Origin: a bacterium | GTDB taxonomy: Bacteria > CLD3 | Assembly: GCA_020850775.1 (NCBI GenBank) | Contig: JADZEA010000103.1 | Span: 1-60,670 of the forward strand | DNA: 60,670 nt | Reading direction: 5' to 3' | Part shown: one piece after another, positions 25,962 to 36,200 of the stretch | How the letters are laid out: each line of letters begins with the position of its first letter | How positions within the stretch are numbered: the stretch's first letter is position 1 | The notes under the pieces: model-generated | The model's input: only the letters and a program-made list of their open reading frames with translations | Told to the model about the DNA's origin: nothing | Database searches by the model: none | Made by a program: the position numbers and the translations under genes

Positions 25962-27001
25962 TTTTTTTCTCCTAAAATAAAGTTTGATAAATCGTTAAAA
26001 GGATTGTAAAACACTTGCCTTTCAGTAATGATTGCACTAATCAAGTCGTTTGGCGTAACGTCAAAAGCTGGATTGTAAATATTTACTTCTTTGGGGGCAA
26101 TTTGCTTATCTGAAATTAAAATTATTTCGTTTTTATCCCGTTCTTCAATTGGAATTTGTTTCCCGTTTTTTATTGAAAAATCAAAAGTTGAGAGTGGTGC
26201 CGCAACATAAAAAGGAATTTTATGCTTTTGGCAATTCACCGCAAGACTGTAAGTTCCGATTTTGTTTGCAGTGTCTCCGTTTGAGGCAATTCTATCCGCT
26301 CCAACAATCACCGCATCAATTTTTCCCTGAGCCATACAAAAAGCTGCCATTCCGTCACAAATCAAAGTTGTGTCAATTTTACGTTGCGTCAGTTCCCAGG
26401 CTGTTAATCTTGAGCCTTGTAAAAGTGGTCGTGTTTCATCAGCAAAAACCGAGATTTTTTTCCCGTTTTCAATTGCTGAAAAAATAACGCCAAGTGCCGT
26501 TCCGTAATCAGCTGTTGCAAGTCCTCCTGCGTTACAATGAGTTAGAACAGTCATCCCGTTTTTCAAAAGAACCTGCCCGTTTTTCCCAATATTTCTACAA
26601 ATTTCTTTGTCTTCCTGCAAGATTTTTTGAGCCTCACCAAGAATTATCTTTTTTAGCTGTTCAATTTCACCTGAAAAATTCTCAACAATTTTTCCAATTC
26701 TTTCAATTGCCCAAAAAAGATTTACAGCAGTTGGACGAGTTTCTCCAAGCACTTTTGCAACTTGTAAAAAATGCTTTTTAAACCCAACTAAATCTCCGTT
26801 AAAATCACGTGTTCCAAGATAAAGCGTAAAAGCTCCTGCAATTCCAATTGCCGGCGCTCCTCTGACTTCAAGCCTTTTTATCGCATCGCAAGCAACATCA
26901 AAATCATTAATTTTTAAGTAGTTAAATTCAACGGGAAGTTTTGTTTGAGCAACAATTTGTAAGGAATTTTCAACCCAGGAAACAGTATCAAAATTTTTCA
27001 C
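25958..27001 (-). CDS. mtnA: S-methyl-5-thioribose-1-phosphate isomerase
   Basis: LEVRGAPAIGIAGAF, THCNAGGLATADYGTALGV, ADETRPLLQGSRLTAWEL, VGADRIASNGDTANKIGTY. Ends on TGA. Confidence 0.9.
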   Translation of the reverse strand: MKNFDTVSWVENSLQIVAQTKLPVEFNYLKINDFDVACDAIKRLEVRGAPAIGIAGAFTLYLGTRDFNGDLVGFKKHFLQVAKVLGETRPTAVNLFWAIERIGKIVENFSGEIEQLKKIILGEAQKILQEDKEICRNIGKNGQVLLKNGMTVLTHCNAGGLATADYGTALGVIFSAIENGKKISVFADETRPLLQGSRLTAWELTQRKIDTTLICDGMAAFCMAQGKIDAVIVGADRIASNGDTANKIGTYSLAVNCQKHKIPFYVAAPLSTFDFSIKNGKQIPIEERDKNEIILISDKQIAPKEVNIYNPAFDVTPNDLISAIITERQVFYNPFNDLSNFILGEKK

Positions 27002-27134
27002 TTTCTCTGACTTTCAATTTTTTCAAGACTTTGGAATTTACTCAAAAAAATCAAAATCACAAAAGCTAAATTAATTCTTGAAAGAGTTAGAAAACAAGTT
27101 TTGGTCTCTTTGCAAGAGTTTTTCTTCTCTATTT

Positions 27135-27911
27135 TTACCTTTTTCCGCTACTCATAGAAACGCCAATCATAAATCCAATTCCTGAAAGGTCAACTTCTGT
27201 TTTCCTGGAAACTGTAAAAGTATTTTTTACCTTTGTGTAGTTATCGTCTGAAATTCCTGAATCGTCAAAGCCATTAACTTTTGGTTTTCCATCAAGTTTT
27301 ACTGCCTGAAGCAGGTTGTACTTTACCCCTAAATCAAGTGCAAAAGCATCCGTAACTTGAAAAGTCATTCCTGCTTGTGTGTTTAGTCCAAAAGCTCCGC
27401 CACTGTAATTTGTGTTGACAGAAAGTTTTCCGTAATTTTCCAGTTCAAAATTAAAATCTTCAAATCCCCAAATAAAACAATAATTCAGACCTGCTCCAAA
27501 ATAACCGGTAAAAAAACCAAAAGTATAGTAAGTGTAAGCATTCACTGCAAGTGGAACCGCTTGAGTTAAGTAAGTGTAATTCCCGGTTCCCTTGTTTCCG
27601 TCATTTGTGTAAGTGTTTGCAAAACTAAACTTGCCTTCGTCAGCTTTGATAAAACCAAAACCTCCGCCAACAACTAAGTTTTCATGAATTTCATTGAGAA
27701 TTTCCGCTCCAATTTGCCAGGTTGATTCAGTTTTTGTGATTTTAGAACTATTCCCAAAATTAACATCTTTTGACCAGGTCTCAAGTGAGTTGTTCAAAAA
27801 ATCAATTTTTGTTGGTGAAAAAGTTCCCGTAACCCTGAAACCACTTGAACTTTGTGCGTTTGCCAAGTTGTAAAACGCTAAAACAAACAAACATAAAATT
27901 AACTTTCTCAT
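27135..27911 (-). CDS. Outer-membrane beta-barrel protein (porin-family/OmpA-like barrel)
   Basis: Signal peptide MRKLILCLFVLAFYNLANA. Alternating aromatic/glycine beta-strand pattern throughout (GGGFGF, GYFGAGLNY, FALDLGVKY, GFMIGVSM). Confidence 0.6.
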   Translation of the reverse strand: MRKLILCLFVLAFYNLANAQSSSGFRVTGTFSPTKIDFLNNSLETWSKDVNFGNSSKITKTESTWQIGAEILNEIHENLVVGGGFGFIKADEGKFSFANTYTNDGNKGTGNYTYLTQAVPLAVNAYTYYTFGFFTGYFGAGLNYCFIWGFEDFNFELENYGKLSVNTNYSGGAFGLNTQAGMTFQVTDAFALDLGVKYNLLQAVKLDGKPKVNGFDDSGISDDNYTKVKNTFTVSRKTEVDLSGIGFMIGVSMSSGKR

Positions 27912-27923
27912 TTTTTTTACCTT

Positions 27924-29831
27924 CTAAATTTTTTCTGATTTTTCTAAAAGCCTGTCAAGTTCTGACCATAAATTTTCAAGTTCTGCTTTAGAGTTTTTTG
28001 CTTTTTGAGTGAACTCTAAAATTTTCTCCGTGCTTGTGTAAACTTCTTCCGTTCCTAATTTAGCTTCAATTTCCAAATTTTCTAACTCTTTTGCTTCAAT
28101 TTTTTGTTCAAGCTCAGAAATTTTTTTCTCTAACTGGCTTCGTTCCTTTTGAAGCCGTTTTTCCTCTCCGCGTTTGGCAATCCGCTCTTTTTTATCAAGT
28201 GAAAATTCCCTGCTCTCCTCTACTTTTGGCAAAGAAAATTCAATTTCTTTTTGTGCTAAAAATTCGTCAAAAGTCTTCAGGTGAACCTTTAATTTTCCAT
28301 CTGAAATTTCAAAAACCTTTGTTACAAGCCCGCTCAAAAAATCTCTGTCGTGAGAAATTATCAAACAAGCACCTTCAAAATTATTGATGGCTTCCTTTAA
28401 AACTTCCTTTGTGTAAATATCAATGTGGTTTGTTGGCTCGTCAAGAACTAAAAAATTTGAAGAACGAAACATCATTTTTGCAAGTGCCAAACGGCTTTTT
28501 TCTCCTCCGCTAAGAACAGAAACCTTTTTGTTGACCTCTTCGCCACCAAACAAAAATGCTCCAAGAACATTCCGAACCATTGGAAAGTTTTCAACGTTTG
28601 AAACACTCTCAAGCTCTTCAAAAACAGTGTTTTCAGAATTCAGTTTTTCAGCCATTCCCTGAGCGTAAAAATCAAGGTCAACAAGTTTTCCCAAAGTTCG
28701 TTTTCCGCTTGCCGGCTCTTCAATTCCTGTAATTAATCTGCACAAAGTTGATTTTCCAGCTCCGTTTTGCCCAACTAAAGCAATCTTTTCGCCACGTTCA
28801 ATTTCAAAATTAATCTCTGAAAAAATTTGCTTTTCACCGTAATTTTTAGAGACATTTTCAAGTTTCAAGACTTCACGGCTTCCTCGTTTTGGTGGTGGAA
28901 AACGAAATTTCACCTTTGAAACTGAGTTGTTTTCCACTTCCACAATTTCAACTTTTTCAAGGAGTTTGATTTTGCTTTGAACTTGCCTTGATTTTGTCGC
29001 CTTGTAGCGAAAACGCTCAATAAATTTCTGCACTTTCTCAATTTCTTTTTGCTGATTTTCAAATTCGGCAATCTGTCTCTCAAGATTTTCTACTTTTTCA
29101 ATTTCAAATTTTGAATAATTTCCGCTGTACTCAACAAATCTTGAATTTGAAATTTCAATAACTTTATTTACAACATTATCAAGAAATCGTCTGTCGTGTG
29201 AGATTAAAACTAAACTTCCGTCAAAATTATTAAGAAAATTTTCAAGCCAAAGTATGCTTTCAATGTCAAGATGGTTTGTTGGCTCGTCAAGTAGCAAAAG
29301 GTCTGGTTTTCCAAGCAAAATTTTTGCAAGTGCAATTCTCATTTGCCAGCCACCGGAAAAATTTTCAACTGGTTTTTGAAATTCGTTTGTTTTAAAACCA
29401 AGCCCAAGTAAAATTTTTCCTGCTTCTGCTTCCATTAAAAAACCGCCTTTTTCCTCAAAAAAATGCTGTACTTCACCAAGTTTGTACAAAATTGTTTCGT
29501 TCTCGTGGTCTTTTTCAAGTTGGTTTTGCAACTCGTGAATTTTTATTTGGGCGTCCAAAAGTTCAGGAAAAGCATTTAGAGTTTCACCAAGCAAAGTGTT
29601 GCCTTTTACTTCAATTCCTTCTTGTGGCAAGTAACCAATTTTTGTGTCTTTAGCAATCCCAACTGAACCTTTGCTTTCCATAATTCCACAAAGTATTCTT
29701 AAAAAAGTCGTTTTTCCTGAACCGTTTGGACCAACTAAACCAATTCTGTTCCCTCTGAAAATTGAAAGCGAAGCGTCTTTAAAAATGTCCTTTGAACCAA
29801 AGTTCAGGTTTAAATTTGAAACGTTAATCAT
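27924..29831 (-). CDS. ABC-F family ATPase (tandem NBDs, no TMD, C-terminal coiled coil)
   Basis: NBD1: GPNGSGKTT, FSGGWQMR, LLLLDEPTNHLD. NBD2: GQNGAGKST, LSGGEKSR, FLVLDEPTNHID. Charged linker and C-terminal coiled coil. Confidence 0.9.
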   Translation of the reverse strand: MINVSNLNLNFGSKDIFKDASLSIFRGNRIGLVGPNGSGKTTFLRILCGIMESKGSVGIAKDTKIGYLPQEGIEVKGNTLLGETLNAFPELLDAQIKIHELQNQLEKDHENETILYKLGEVQHFFEEKGGFLMEAEAGKILLGLGFKTNEFQKPVENFSGGWQMRIALAKILLGKPDLLLLDEPTNHLDIESILWLENFLNNFDGSLVLISHDRRFLDNVVNKVIEISNSRFVEYSGNYSKFEIEKVENLERQIAEFENQQKEIEKVQKFIERFRYKATKSRQVQSKIKLLEKVEIVEVENNSVSKVKFRFPPPKRGSREVLKLENVSKNYGEKQIFSEINFEIERGEKIALVGQNGAGKSTLCRLITGIEEPASGKRTLGKLVDLDFYAQGMAEKLNSENTVFEELESVSNVENFPMVRNVLGAFLFGGEEVNKKVSVLSGGEKSRLALAKMMFRSSNFLVLDEPTNHIDIYTKEVLKEAINNFEGACLIISHDRDFLSGLVTKVFEISDGKLKVHLKTFDEFLAQKEIEFSLPKVEESREFSLDKKERIAKRGEEKRLQKERSQLEKKISELEQKIEAKELENLEIEAKLGTEEVYTSTEKILEFTQKAKNSKAELENLWSELDRLLEKSEKI

Positions 29832-30664
29832 TAATTTTTTCTTACTTTCGGGTCTAAAATATCTCTTAAACCATCGCCTAAAAGATTAAATCCAAGCACA
29901 ACCACTAAAATTGCAATTCCCGGGAAAGTGATTGTCCACCAGGCACTTAAAATCAAAGGTCTTGCCTGAGCTAACATCAAACCCCATTCTGCATTTGGAG
30001 GTTGTGCGCCAAGTCCTAAAAATCCAAGTCCGGCACTTTCAAGGATTGCAGAAGCAAACCCTAAAGTGCTTTGAACAATGATTGGAGCAAGGCAGTTTGG
30101 CAAAATTTCAACAAACATCGTGTGAAAATCACTAAAACCAAGTGATTTTGATGCTTCAGTGTACTCGTTGCCTTTTTCTACAAGAACACTTGAACGAACA
30201 AGCCTTGTGTACTGCGGAATTCCAACAATTCCAATGGCAATCATTGCGTTTGTAAGACCTGGTTTTAGAACCGAAACAATCATTATCGCAAGTAAAATGC
30301 TTGGGAAGGAAAGCAAAATATCCGTAAACCTCATTAAAATATTATCAATTTTTCCTCCGTAAAATCCTGCAAAAAGTCCTAACGGAATGCCAAAAATCAA
30401 GGAAATTCCAACTGAAATAAAACCAACTGAAAGCGAAATCCTTGCTCCAAAAATTAATCTGCTTAAAATGTCTCTGCCAAAATCATCAGTTCCAAGCAGG
30501 TTTGAGTTTGTAAAAGGCAAAGATAAACGGTTCGCAAGTTCTTGTTTATTCGGGTCAAAAGGTGCAAAAACCGGTGCAAAAATTGCAACAAAACTTACTG
30601 CCAAAATTATCAGTAAGCCTCCAAAAGCAATCGGGTTTTTCCTTAAATCTTTAATTAGTTTCAT
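29831..30664 (-). CDS. ABC peptide/nickel-type permease subunit (DppC/OppC-like)
   Basis: LGTDDFGRDILSRLIFGARISL is the typical DppC/OppC N-terminal motif. Six TM helices, EAA-loop region YTEASKSLGFSDFHTMFVEILPN. Its stop shares one nt with the ABC-F start. Confidence 0.8.
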   Translation of the reverse strand: MKLIKDLRKNPIAFGGLLIILAVSFVAIFAPVFAPFDPNKQELANRLSLPFTNSNLLGTDDFGRDILSRLIFGARISLSVGFISVGISLIFGIPLGLFAGFYGGKIDNILMRFTDILLSFPSILLAIMIVSVLKPGLTNAMIAIGIVGIPQYTRLVRSSVLVEKGNEYTEASKSLGFSDFHTMFVEILPNCLAPIIVQSTLGFASAILESAGLGFLGLGAQPPNAEWGLMLAQARPLILSAWWTITFPGIAILVVVLGFNLLGDGLRDILDPKVRKN

Positions 30665-30665
30665 T

Positions 30666-32036
30666 CTACTCTTTGAATTTTAGTGAAAAATTTAACCTTT
30701 TTTCCCAAAGTTCCCAAAACAAAACTAAGTAAAAAGGAACAAACTCAATCAAACTTACAAATAAATTTTCCTTCCAAATTCCCAAAATCACAAAATCCTT
30801 CAAAACGTAGTAGGAAACGAAAACCAAACAACTTAAAAGCAAAAAACTAAAGTAGCGGAAAATCGGTAAAAATGGCAAAATCCAAATCAGGTACCAAGGT
30901 TGCAAAGTTGCAGTTAGTAAAAAATAAGTTGCCCAAACCCAAAAAAATGCTTTTCCAAGCCAAACTTTTCCTGTTTTTTGTAAACTGTAACGAGTAAAAA
31001 AATATAAAACACAAGACAACCAAAGCCCTGAAACTATCAACTTTGCAAGTTCTCTTGCAGGATTTTCAAGCCGAAATTTGTTAAAAAGAAAAATTTCTTT
31101 GTCGGTTGGAAACCCAAAAAACTCAAAACATTTTTGCACAATTCCAAAAACTGACTCGTTGAAACTCCAATGTTTTGAATAAATTAAAAAGCCTTCAAAA
31201 AGTTTTTCCCTTGCTTCCAGAAAAGGTAGGTAAGCTAAAAAAATTACCGCAAAACAAAGCAAAATCCCTTTTGGTGTCCTTGTTTTTTTGAGAAAAAGCA
31301 GAAAAACAAAAGGAATAAATTTTGTCAAACCTGCCAAACAAACAAAAATAAGGCTTGCAAAATTTTCGGAATTTTTCAGGAAAAAGTAAAAAGCTAAAAA
31401 TAAAAAAAACACTCCAACAACATCACTGTGAGCTTGACCTGAAAATTCTAAAATTGCTAAAGGATTTAGAAAGTAGTAAAAGAAAAATTCTTTTTTTTCA
31501 CGAAGCAACAAAATCGTTTGAAAAACTAAAAAACCAAGCCCAAATTCAAAAAGTAAAATCAAAACTTTCATTCCAAAAAGCGAGCTTCCAAACAAGCCAT
31601 TAATCGCAAAAATAAATTGTAAAACTGGCGGGTAAACTGTTGGAATTTCATTGTGATTAATTTTGGGAAAAATTTTTGTGTCCCGTAAGTGTTCTAAATT
31701 TTGTGAGTTTGGTGGAAATTCGTAAGGATTTGTTCCACTAACAAAAACTTTTCCATCCCAAACGTAACGGTAAACATCGTCAGAAAGCGTTGGAGTTGTG
31801 AACAAAAAAAGGAAACGAAAAGCAATTCCAAGTAACAAAGCTAAAGTAAAAAAGCGTTTTGAAAGCTCCAGTTTTTGCAAAATCAAAACCGAACAAAGGT
31901 AAAAAATGCTCAAAAAAAGCGCTAAAAGGAGGAATTTTTCAATGTTCAGGCGGAAATCAGACAACCAAAAAAGCACTGAGTAAGTTGTTGTTTGAAAAAA
32001 CAAAAGGATAAAAAATAAATGTTCTAAAATTTTCAT
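30666..32036 (-). CDS. Polytopic membrane protein, GT-C-type glycosyltransferase-like (DUF2029/GT87-like)
   Basis: About 12 predicted TM helices. First-loop motif SDDVYRYVWDGKVFVSGTNPYEFPP, as seen in DUF2029/mannosyltransferase-like families. Recognition by motif only. Confidence 0.5.
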   Translation of the reverse strand: MKILEHLFFILLFFQTTTYSVLFWLSDFRLNIEKFLLLALFLSIFYLCSVLILQKLELSKRFFTLALLLGIAFRFLFLFTTPTLSDDVYRYVWDGKVFVSGTNPYEFPPNSQNLEHLRDTKIFPKINHNEIPTVYPPVLQFIFAINGLFGSSLFGMKVLILLFEFGLGFLVFQTILLLREKKEFFFYYFLNPLAILEFSGQAHSDVVGVFFLFLAFYFFLKNSENFASLIFVCLAGLTKFIPFVFLLFLKKTRTPKGILLCFAVIFLAYLPFLEAREKLFEGFLIYSKHWSFNESVFGIVQKCFEFFGFPTDKEIFLFNKFRLENPARELAKLIVSGLWLSCVLYFFTRYSLQKTGKVWLGKAFFWVWATYFLLTATLQPWYLIWILPFLPIFRYFSFLLLSCLVFVSYYVLKDFVILGIWKENLFVSLIEFVPFYLVLFWELWEKRLNFSLKFKE

Positions 32037-32915
32037 TTAATTGTCAATTGTCAGGCGGAAGCTGACACTAAAAAAAATCAGTGTTACTAAGACAAAAACT
32101 GAAATTAACAAAGCCAAAAGTGTTTTTTTGTGGTTAATTTTGTTTGGTGAAAAGGCTAAAAGATTTCCGTCAGAGTCATAAATTACCTGGTAAGTTGGAA
32201 CGAGTAAAAAACTTGTAAAAAGTCCGCCGAGCAATCCGCCAACGTGTCCAAAATTATCGATTCCTGAAACAGAAAATCCAAAAAGCAAGTTAAAACCTGC
32301 AATAAAAAGTGCGTTGTTCAAACCCGATTTTCCAATGCTTCCAAACGAGTTTTTATTTTTCCCAAAAAATACGATTGATGCGCCAATTAATCCAAAAATT
32401 GAGCCGCTTGCTCCTGCTGAAATTGAAGTGTTAAAAGCGTAGGAAAGGATACTTCCTAAAAGTCCTGAAACAATGTAAATAATTGTAAAACAGATACTTC
32501 CATAAAAAGTTTCAATCTCTTTTCCAAGAATAAAAAGCGAGTAAGAATTTACGAGAAGGTGCAAAAAACCGATGTGGAGAAAAGTTGCTGTCAAAAACCT
32601 CCAAAACTCACCTTCAGTGATTAAAGGGTTGTGCTTTGCACCAAATTTTAGTAGCGTTTCGGTTGAAGTAGAACCACCTTCCAAAGTCATCAAAATCCAA
32701 ATCAAAATTATTACAGCAAGGAAAAATTTTGTGATTGGAGTGTTTTTTGAGCGAACTGCAGAAGAAAAAGGGTTTTGTTTTTGTTCAAAAATTTCTTTTT
32801 CCGGTTCTGAGGTTTGTTCTTTTTCCGGCGAAAATTTATAGTTACAACGAGGACATTTTTCAGTTTGTTCCAAGACTGTCAAGTTACAAACCGGGCATTT
32901 TTTAGTTGGAATCAT
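32037..32915 (-). CDS. Rhomboid-family intramembrane serine protease with an N-terminal zinc ribbon
   Basis: CPVCN...CPRCN ribbon. HIGFLHLLVN, catalytic GASGSIFGLIGA, and GHVGGLLGG. Confidence 0.85.
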   Translation of the reverse strand: MIPTKKCPVCNLTVLEQTEKCPRCNYKFSPEKEQTSEPEKEIFEQKQNPFSSAVRSKNTPITKFFLAVIILIWILMTLEGGSTSTETLLKFGAKHNPLITEGEFWRFLTATFLHIGFLHLLVNSYSLFILGKEIETFYGSICFTIIYIVSGLLGSILSYAFNTSISAGASGSIFGLIGASIVFFGKNKNSFGSIGKSGLNNALFIAGFNLLFGFSVSGIDNFGHVGGLLGGLFTSFLLVPTYQVIYDSDGNLLAFSPNKINHKKTLLALLISVFVLVTLIFFSVSFRLTIDN

Positions 32916-33016
32916 TGGCTTTCTTTAAATTTACACCTTGCAAATTTAATAAAAAACTTAGTCAATTGTTAAAAGATTTAGCAAGCGGAAAAAATAGTAA
33001 AACTTTTTAAAATTCT

Positions 33017-33135
33017 CACTGAAACCTTGCGAAAGCTAAAAAGGCGTTCCTTAAAAACCGTTTAACGCACAAATTTACAATAAAACAATTGTTGCAATTT
33101 TTGGTGAAGTTTTATAGCTTTAAGTCCAAAAGTCC
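33017..33135. repeat. Composite intergenic repeat: degenerate B unit (33017-33069) joined to an A unit (33062-33135)
   Basis: The A unit tttaacgcacaaatttacaataa...caattgttgcaatttttggtgaagttttatagctttaagtccaaaag aligns to 53287-53378 over ~70 nt with few mismatches and one ~10-nt indel. The B unit ctcactgaaaccttgcgaaagc...gtttaacgc resembles 60454-60496. Confidence 0.55.
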
Positions 33136-33227
33136 TGCAAAATAAACTGCAAAACAATTATTAAACAATTTTCAACCCTTTGCCCTTTGACGGCAATTTT
33201 CCTTTCTAAAAACCTCTGAAACTTACA

Positions 33228-33265
33228 GAAAAATTTTAGCCTTCAAATGCTTGCAATGAAGGCTA
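33228..33265 (-). terminator. Putative terminator after the RND pump gene
   Basis: Perfect 9-bp stem tagccttca (33237-33245) / tgaaggcta (33257-33265) with an 11-nt loop. On the minus strand it is followed by AAAATTTTT. Confidence 0.45.
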
Positions 33266-33277
33266 AAAAATTAAAAA

Positions 33278-36200
33278 TTACTTCGCTCTTTCAAACCAGG
33301 AATAAAGACTTGGCAATAAAACTAAAGTAGAAAAAGTAGAAGTAATCAGTCCACCGACAACAACAATTGCCAAAGGTTGTTGAATTTCAGAACCTATTCC
33401 ACTTGACATTAGCAAAGGAATTAAACCGAGAATCGTTGTTAAAGAAGTCATTAAAATCGGTCTTAGCCGTAACATCGAACTGATTTTTATTGCATCCAAA
33501 CCTGAATGACCTTTTTCGCGGTGTTCGTTAATGAAACTTACCATCACAATTCCATTTTGCACCGCTGTTCCGATTACTGCGATAAACCCTACGGAAGTTG
33601 GAACTGAAAGATAAATGTCCCAAATCCAAACTCCCAAAACTCCACCAACCAAAGAAAACGGCAAGTTCATTAAAACAAGTACCGAACTTTTAACAGAGCC
33701 AAAAGTGATAAAAAGTAAGACGAAAATTAGAACAAAGGTAATAGGTAAAATTACCATCATCCTGTTGTTTGCTCTTTGCTGATTTTCAAATTGTCCTCCC
33801 CATTCCAAAAAATATCCGGTTGGTAAGTTTAATTTTTTGAGCTTCTCCTGTGCTTTTTCAACAAAAGTTCCGATATCAACACCATCGACGTTGAGTTCAA
33901 CTGTTACTTTTCTTTTCCCATTTTCACGGCTTACTTGTGACGGACCTTCTTCGGTATAAATTTCAGCAAAAGTTGAAAGTGGTAGTTTGTAGCCTTGTGG
34001 AGTCGAAACCAAAATGTTGGAAATTGCCTCCAAAGTGTTTCGGTGATTTTCTTCCAAACAAACTACAATGTCGAATTTCTTTTCACCTTCGTAAAGTGTT
34101 GAGACTGTTTCGCCACCGATTCCAATCGAAATGTATTCTTGAATGTCTTTGACGCTGAGACCGTAACGCCCTAAAGATTCACGATTAATCTTGATTTGCA
34201 AGTAGCCGAAGCCCGTTGTTTGCTCAACTTTTACGTCTTGCGCACCTTCCAAAGTCTGGAGTTCCTTAATGATTTCTTCAGCAATTCCGTTCATTACTTC
34301 ACTGCTTTCACCAAAAATTTTCACTGCAAGTTGGGATTTTACACCTGAAATTAACTCGTCAACTCTTAGTGCAATCGGTTGGCTAAAACTGTAGAGGACT
34401 CCGGGAATTTCCTCAAGTTTTTCTCGCATTTCGTTGACAATCATTTTTTTCGTGTAGCCTTCCCGCCATTCTTTGAGTGGTTTCATCATCACGTAAATGT
34501 CTGAAATGCTCGGCAACATTGGATCAGTTGCAACCTCCGCTCTTCCTGTCTTAGAAACAACAGTTGTAACTTCTGGAATCTCCTTAATTCTTTTTTCAAT
34601 CAAATTACAAATTTCAACTGAGCCTTTTGTCGAAATACTTGGAAGTCTGAAGGCTTGAACAGCGATAGAACCTTCTTCCAAAACTGGTACGAATTCAGTT
34701 CCCAAACGACTAAAAAGCAAAGCTGAAAGAATAAAAACTACTACCGAAATTCCAAGTGTTAAGGCTTTTTGCCTTAGCCCAAAACTCAGAATCGGTTCAT
34801 AAATTGAAGTTGCAAAACTTAGAATCGGGTTCGATTTTTCTTTGGCATTTTTTTCTTTCAAAAAAGTTGCAAAAGCAGGCAGCATCGTCAGCGACAAAAT
34901 CAAAGCAATTAGCAAAGCAACACTAATCGTAATCGCGAGAGGAGTGAACATTTTCCCTTCCAAACCTTCCAAAGTAAAAAGAGGAATGAAAACAGTAACA
35001 ACAACTAAAACTGCAAAAAATGAAGGTCTTCCAACCTCCTCAGCGCCACGAACGACAACTTGCAAAAAATGCTTTTTGTTAGCATTTTCTTTGTTTTCCT
35101 GAATCAGCCTGTTAATATTTTCTATTACAACAATACCTCCATCCACCATCATTCCAATTCCGATTGCAAGACCGCCAAGGCTCATCAAATTTGAAGAAAG
35201 TCCAATCATTTTCATCACAATGAAACTTAGCAAAACAGAAATCGGAAGAATCAAAGATACAATTAACGAACTACCCAAACTTCCCAAGAACAAGATTAGA
35301 ACTAAAATAACTAGAATTGCTCCAATTAACATTGCGTTTGAAACAGTCGAAATCGCTTCGGCTACAAGTTCGGTTCTGTCGTAGAAAGGAACGATTTTCA
35401 AATCTTTTGGAAGTGAAGACTTGAGATTTTCTATCGCTTTTTTAACATCTAAAACGACACTCTTTCCACTTTCACCTTTGAGCATCATAATAATTCCTGC
35501 CACAGTTTCGCCTTTTCCATCTTTCGTCACAGCTCCGTAACGAACTTGCGGTTCAGTTTTCACTTGTGCGACGTCGGAAATTTTAATCGGAATTCCATTT
35601 TCAGTTTTAACGACAATGTTTTCGATGTCAGCAATTTTCTCAATTAAACCGATTCCACGAACAACGTACTGTTCAAAATTTCTTTCAATGTAATTTCCGC
35701 CTGCATTCGAGTTGTTTGTTTCAACAGCCTTCCAAACTTCCTCCAAAGTAACGTCGAAAGTTTGCATCGAAGTCGGGCTCAAAAGAATGTGAAACTGCTT
35801 CACAAATCCGCCAAAACTGTTTACCTCAATTACACCTTTCACAGAACGTAAAACAGGAGCGATTACCCAATCCTGGATTTCACGCAATTCCATCGGTGAA
35901 AGAGATTCCGACTCCAAAGTGTATTGGTAGATTTCTCCAAGTCCTGTCGATACAGGTCCCATTTCTACTTCTGCTCCTTTGGGAATTTCATCACGGACAA
36001 CAATTAATTTTTCAAGAATCTGCTGTCTTGCCCAATAAATGTCTATTCCATCTTCAAAAACAAGTGTGATTGCTGAAAGTCCAAATTGAGAAATTGAACG
36101 ATTTTCAACCAAACCAGGAATAGAACTCATTTCTACTTCAATCGGGTAAGTGATTAATTTTTCCACTTCAAGAGGCGAAAATCCATTTATTGTTGTGAGA

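Noticed and set aside
33092-33120. A sigma70-like promoter on the plus strand of repeat A (TTGCAA-17 nt-TAGCTT), which in copy 2 would face the giant ORF.
   Set aside because: In copy 1 it would fire antisense into the RND pump gene. In copy 3 the spacer is shortened by ~8-10 nt, destroying the -35/-10 spacing. It is therefore not a conserved feature of the repeat and is kept only as an untested possibility for copy 2.
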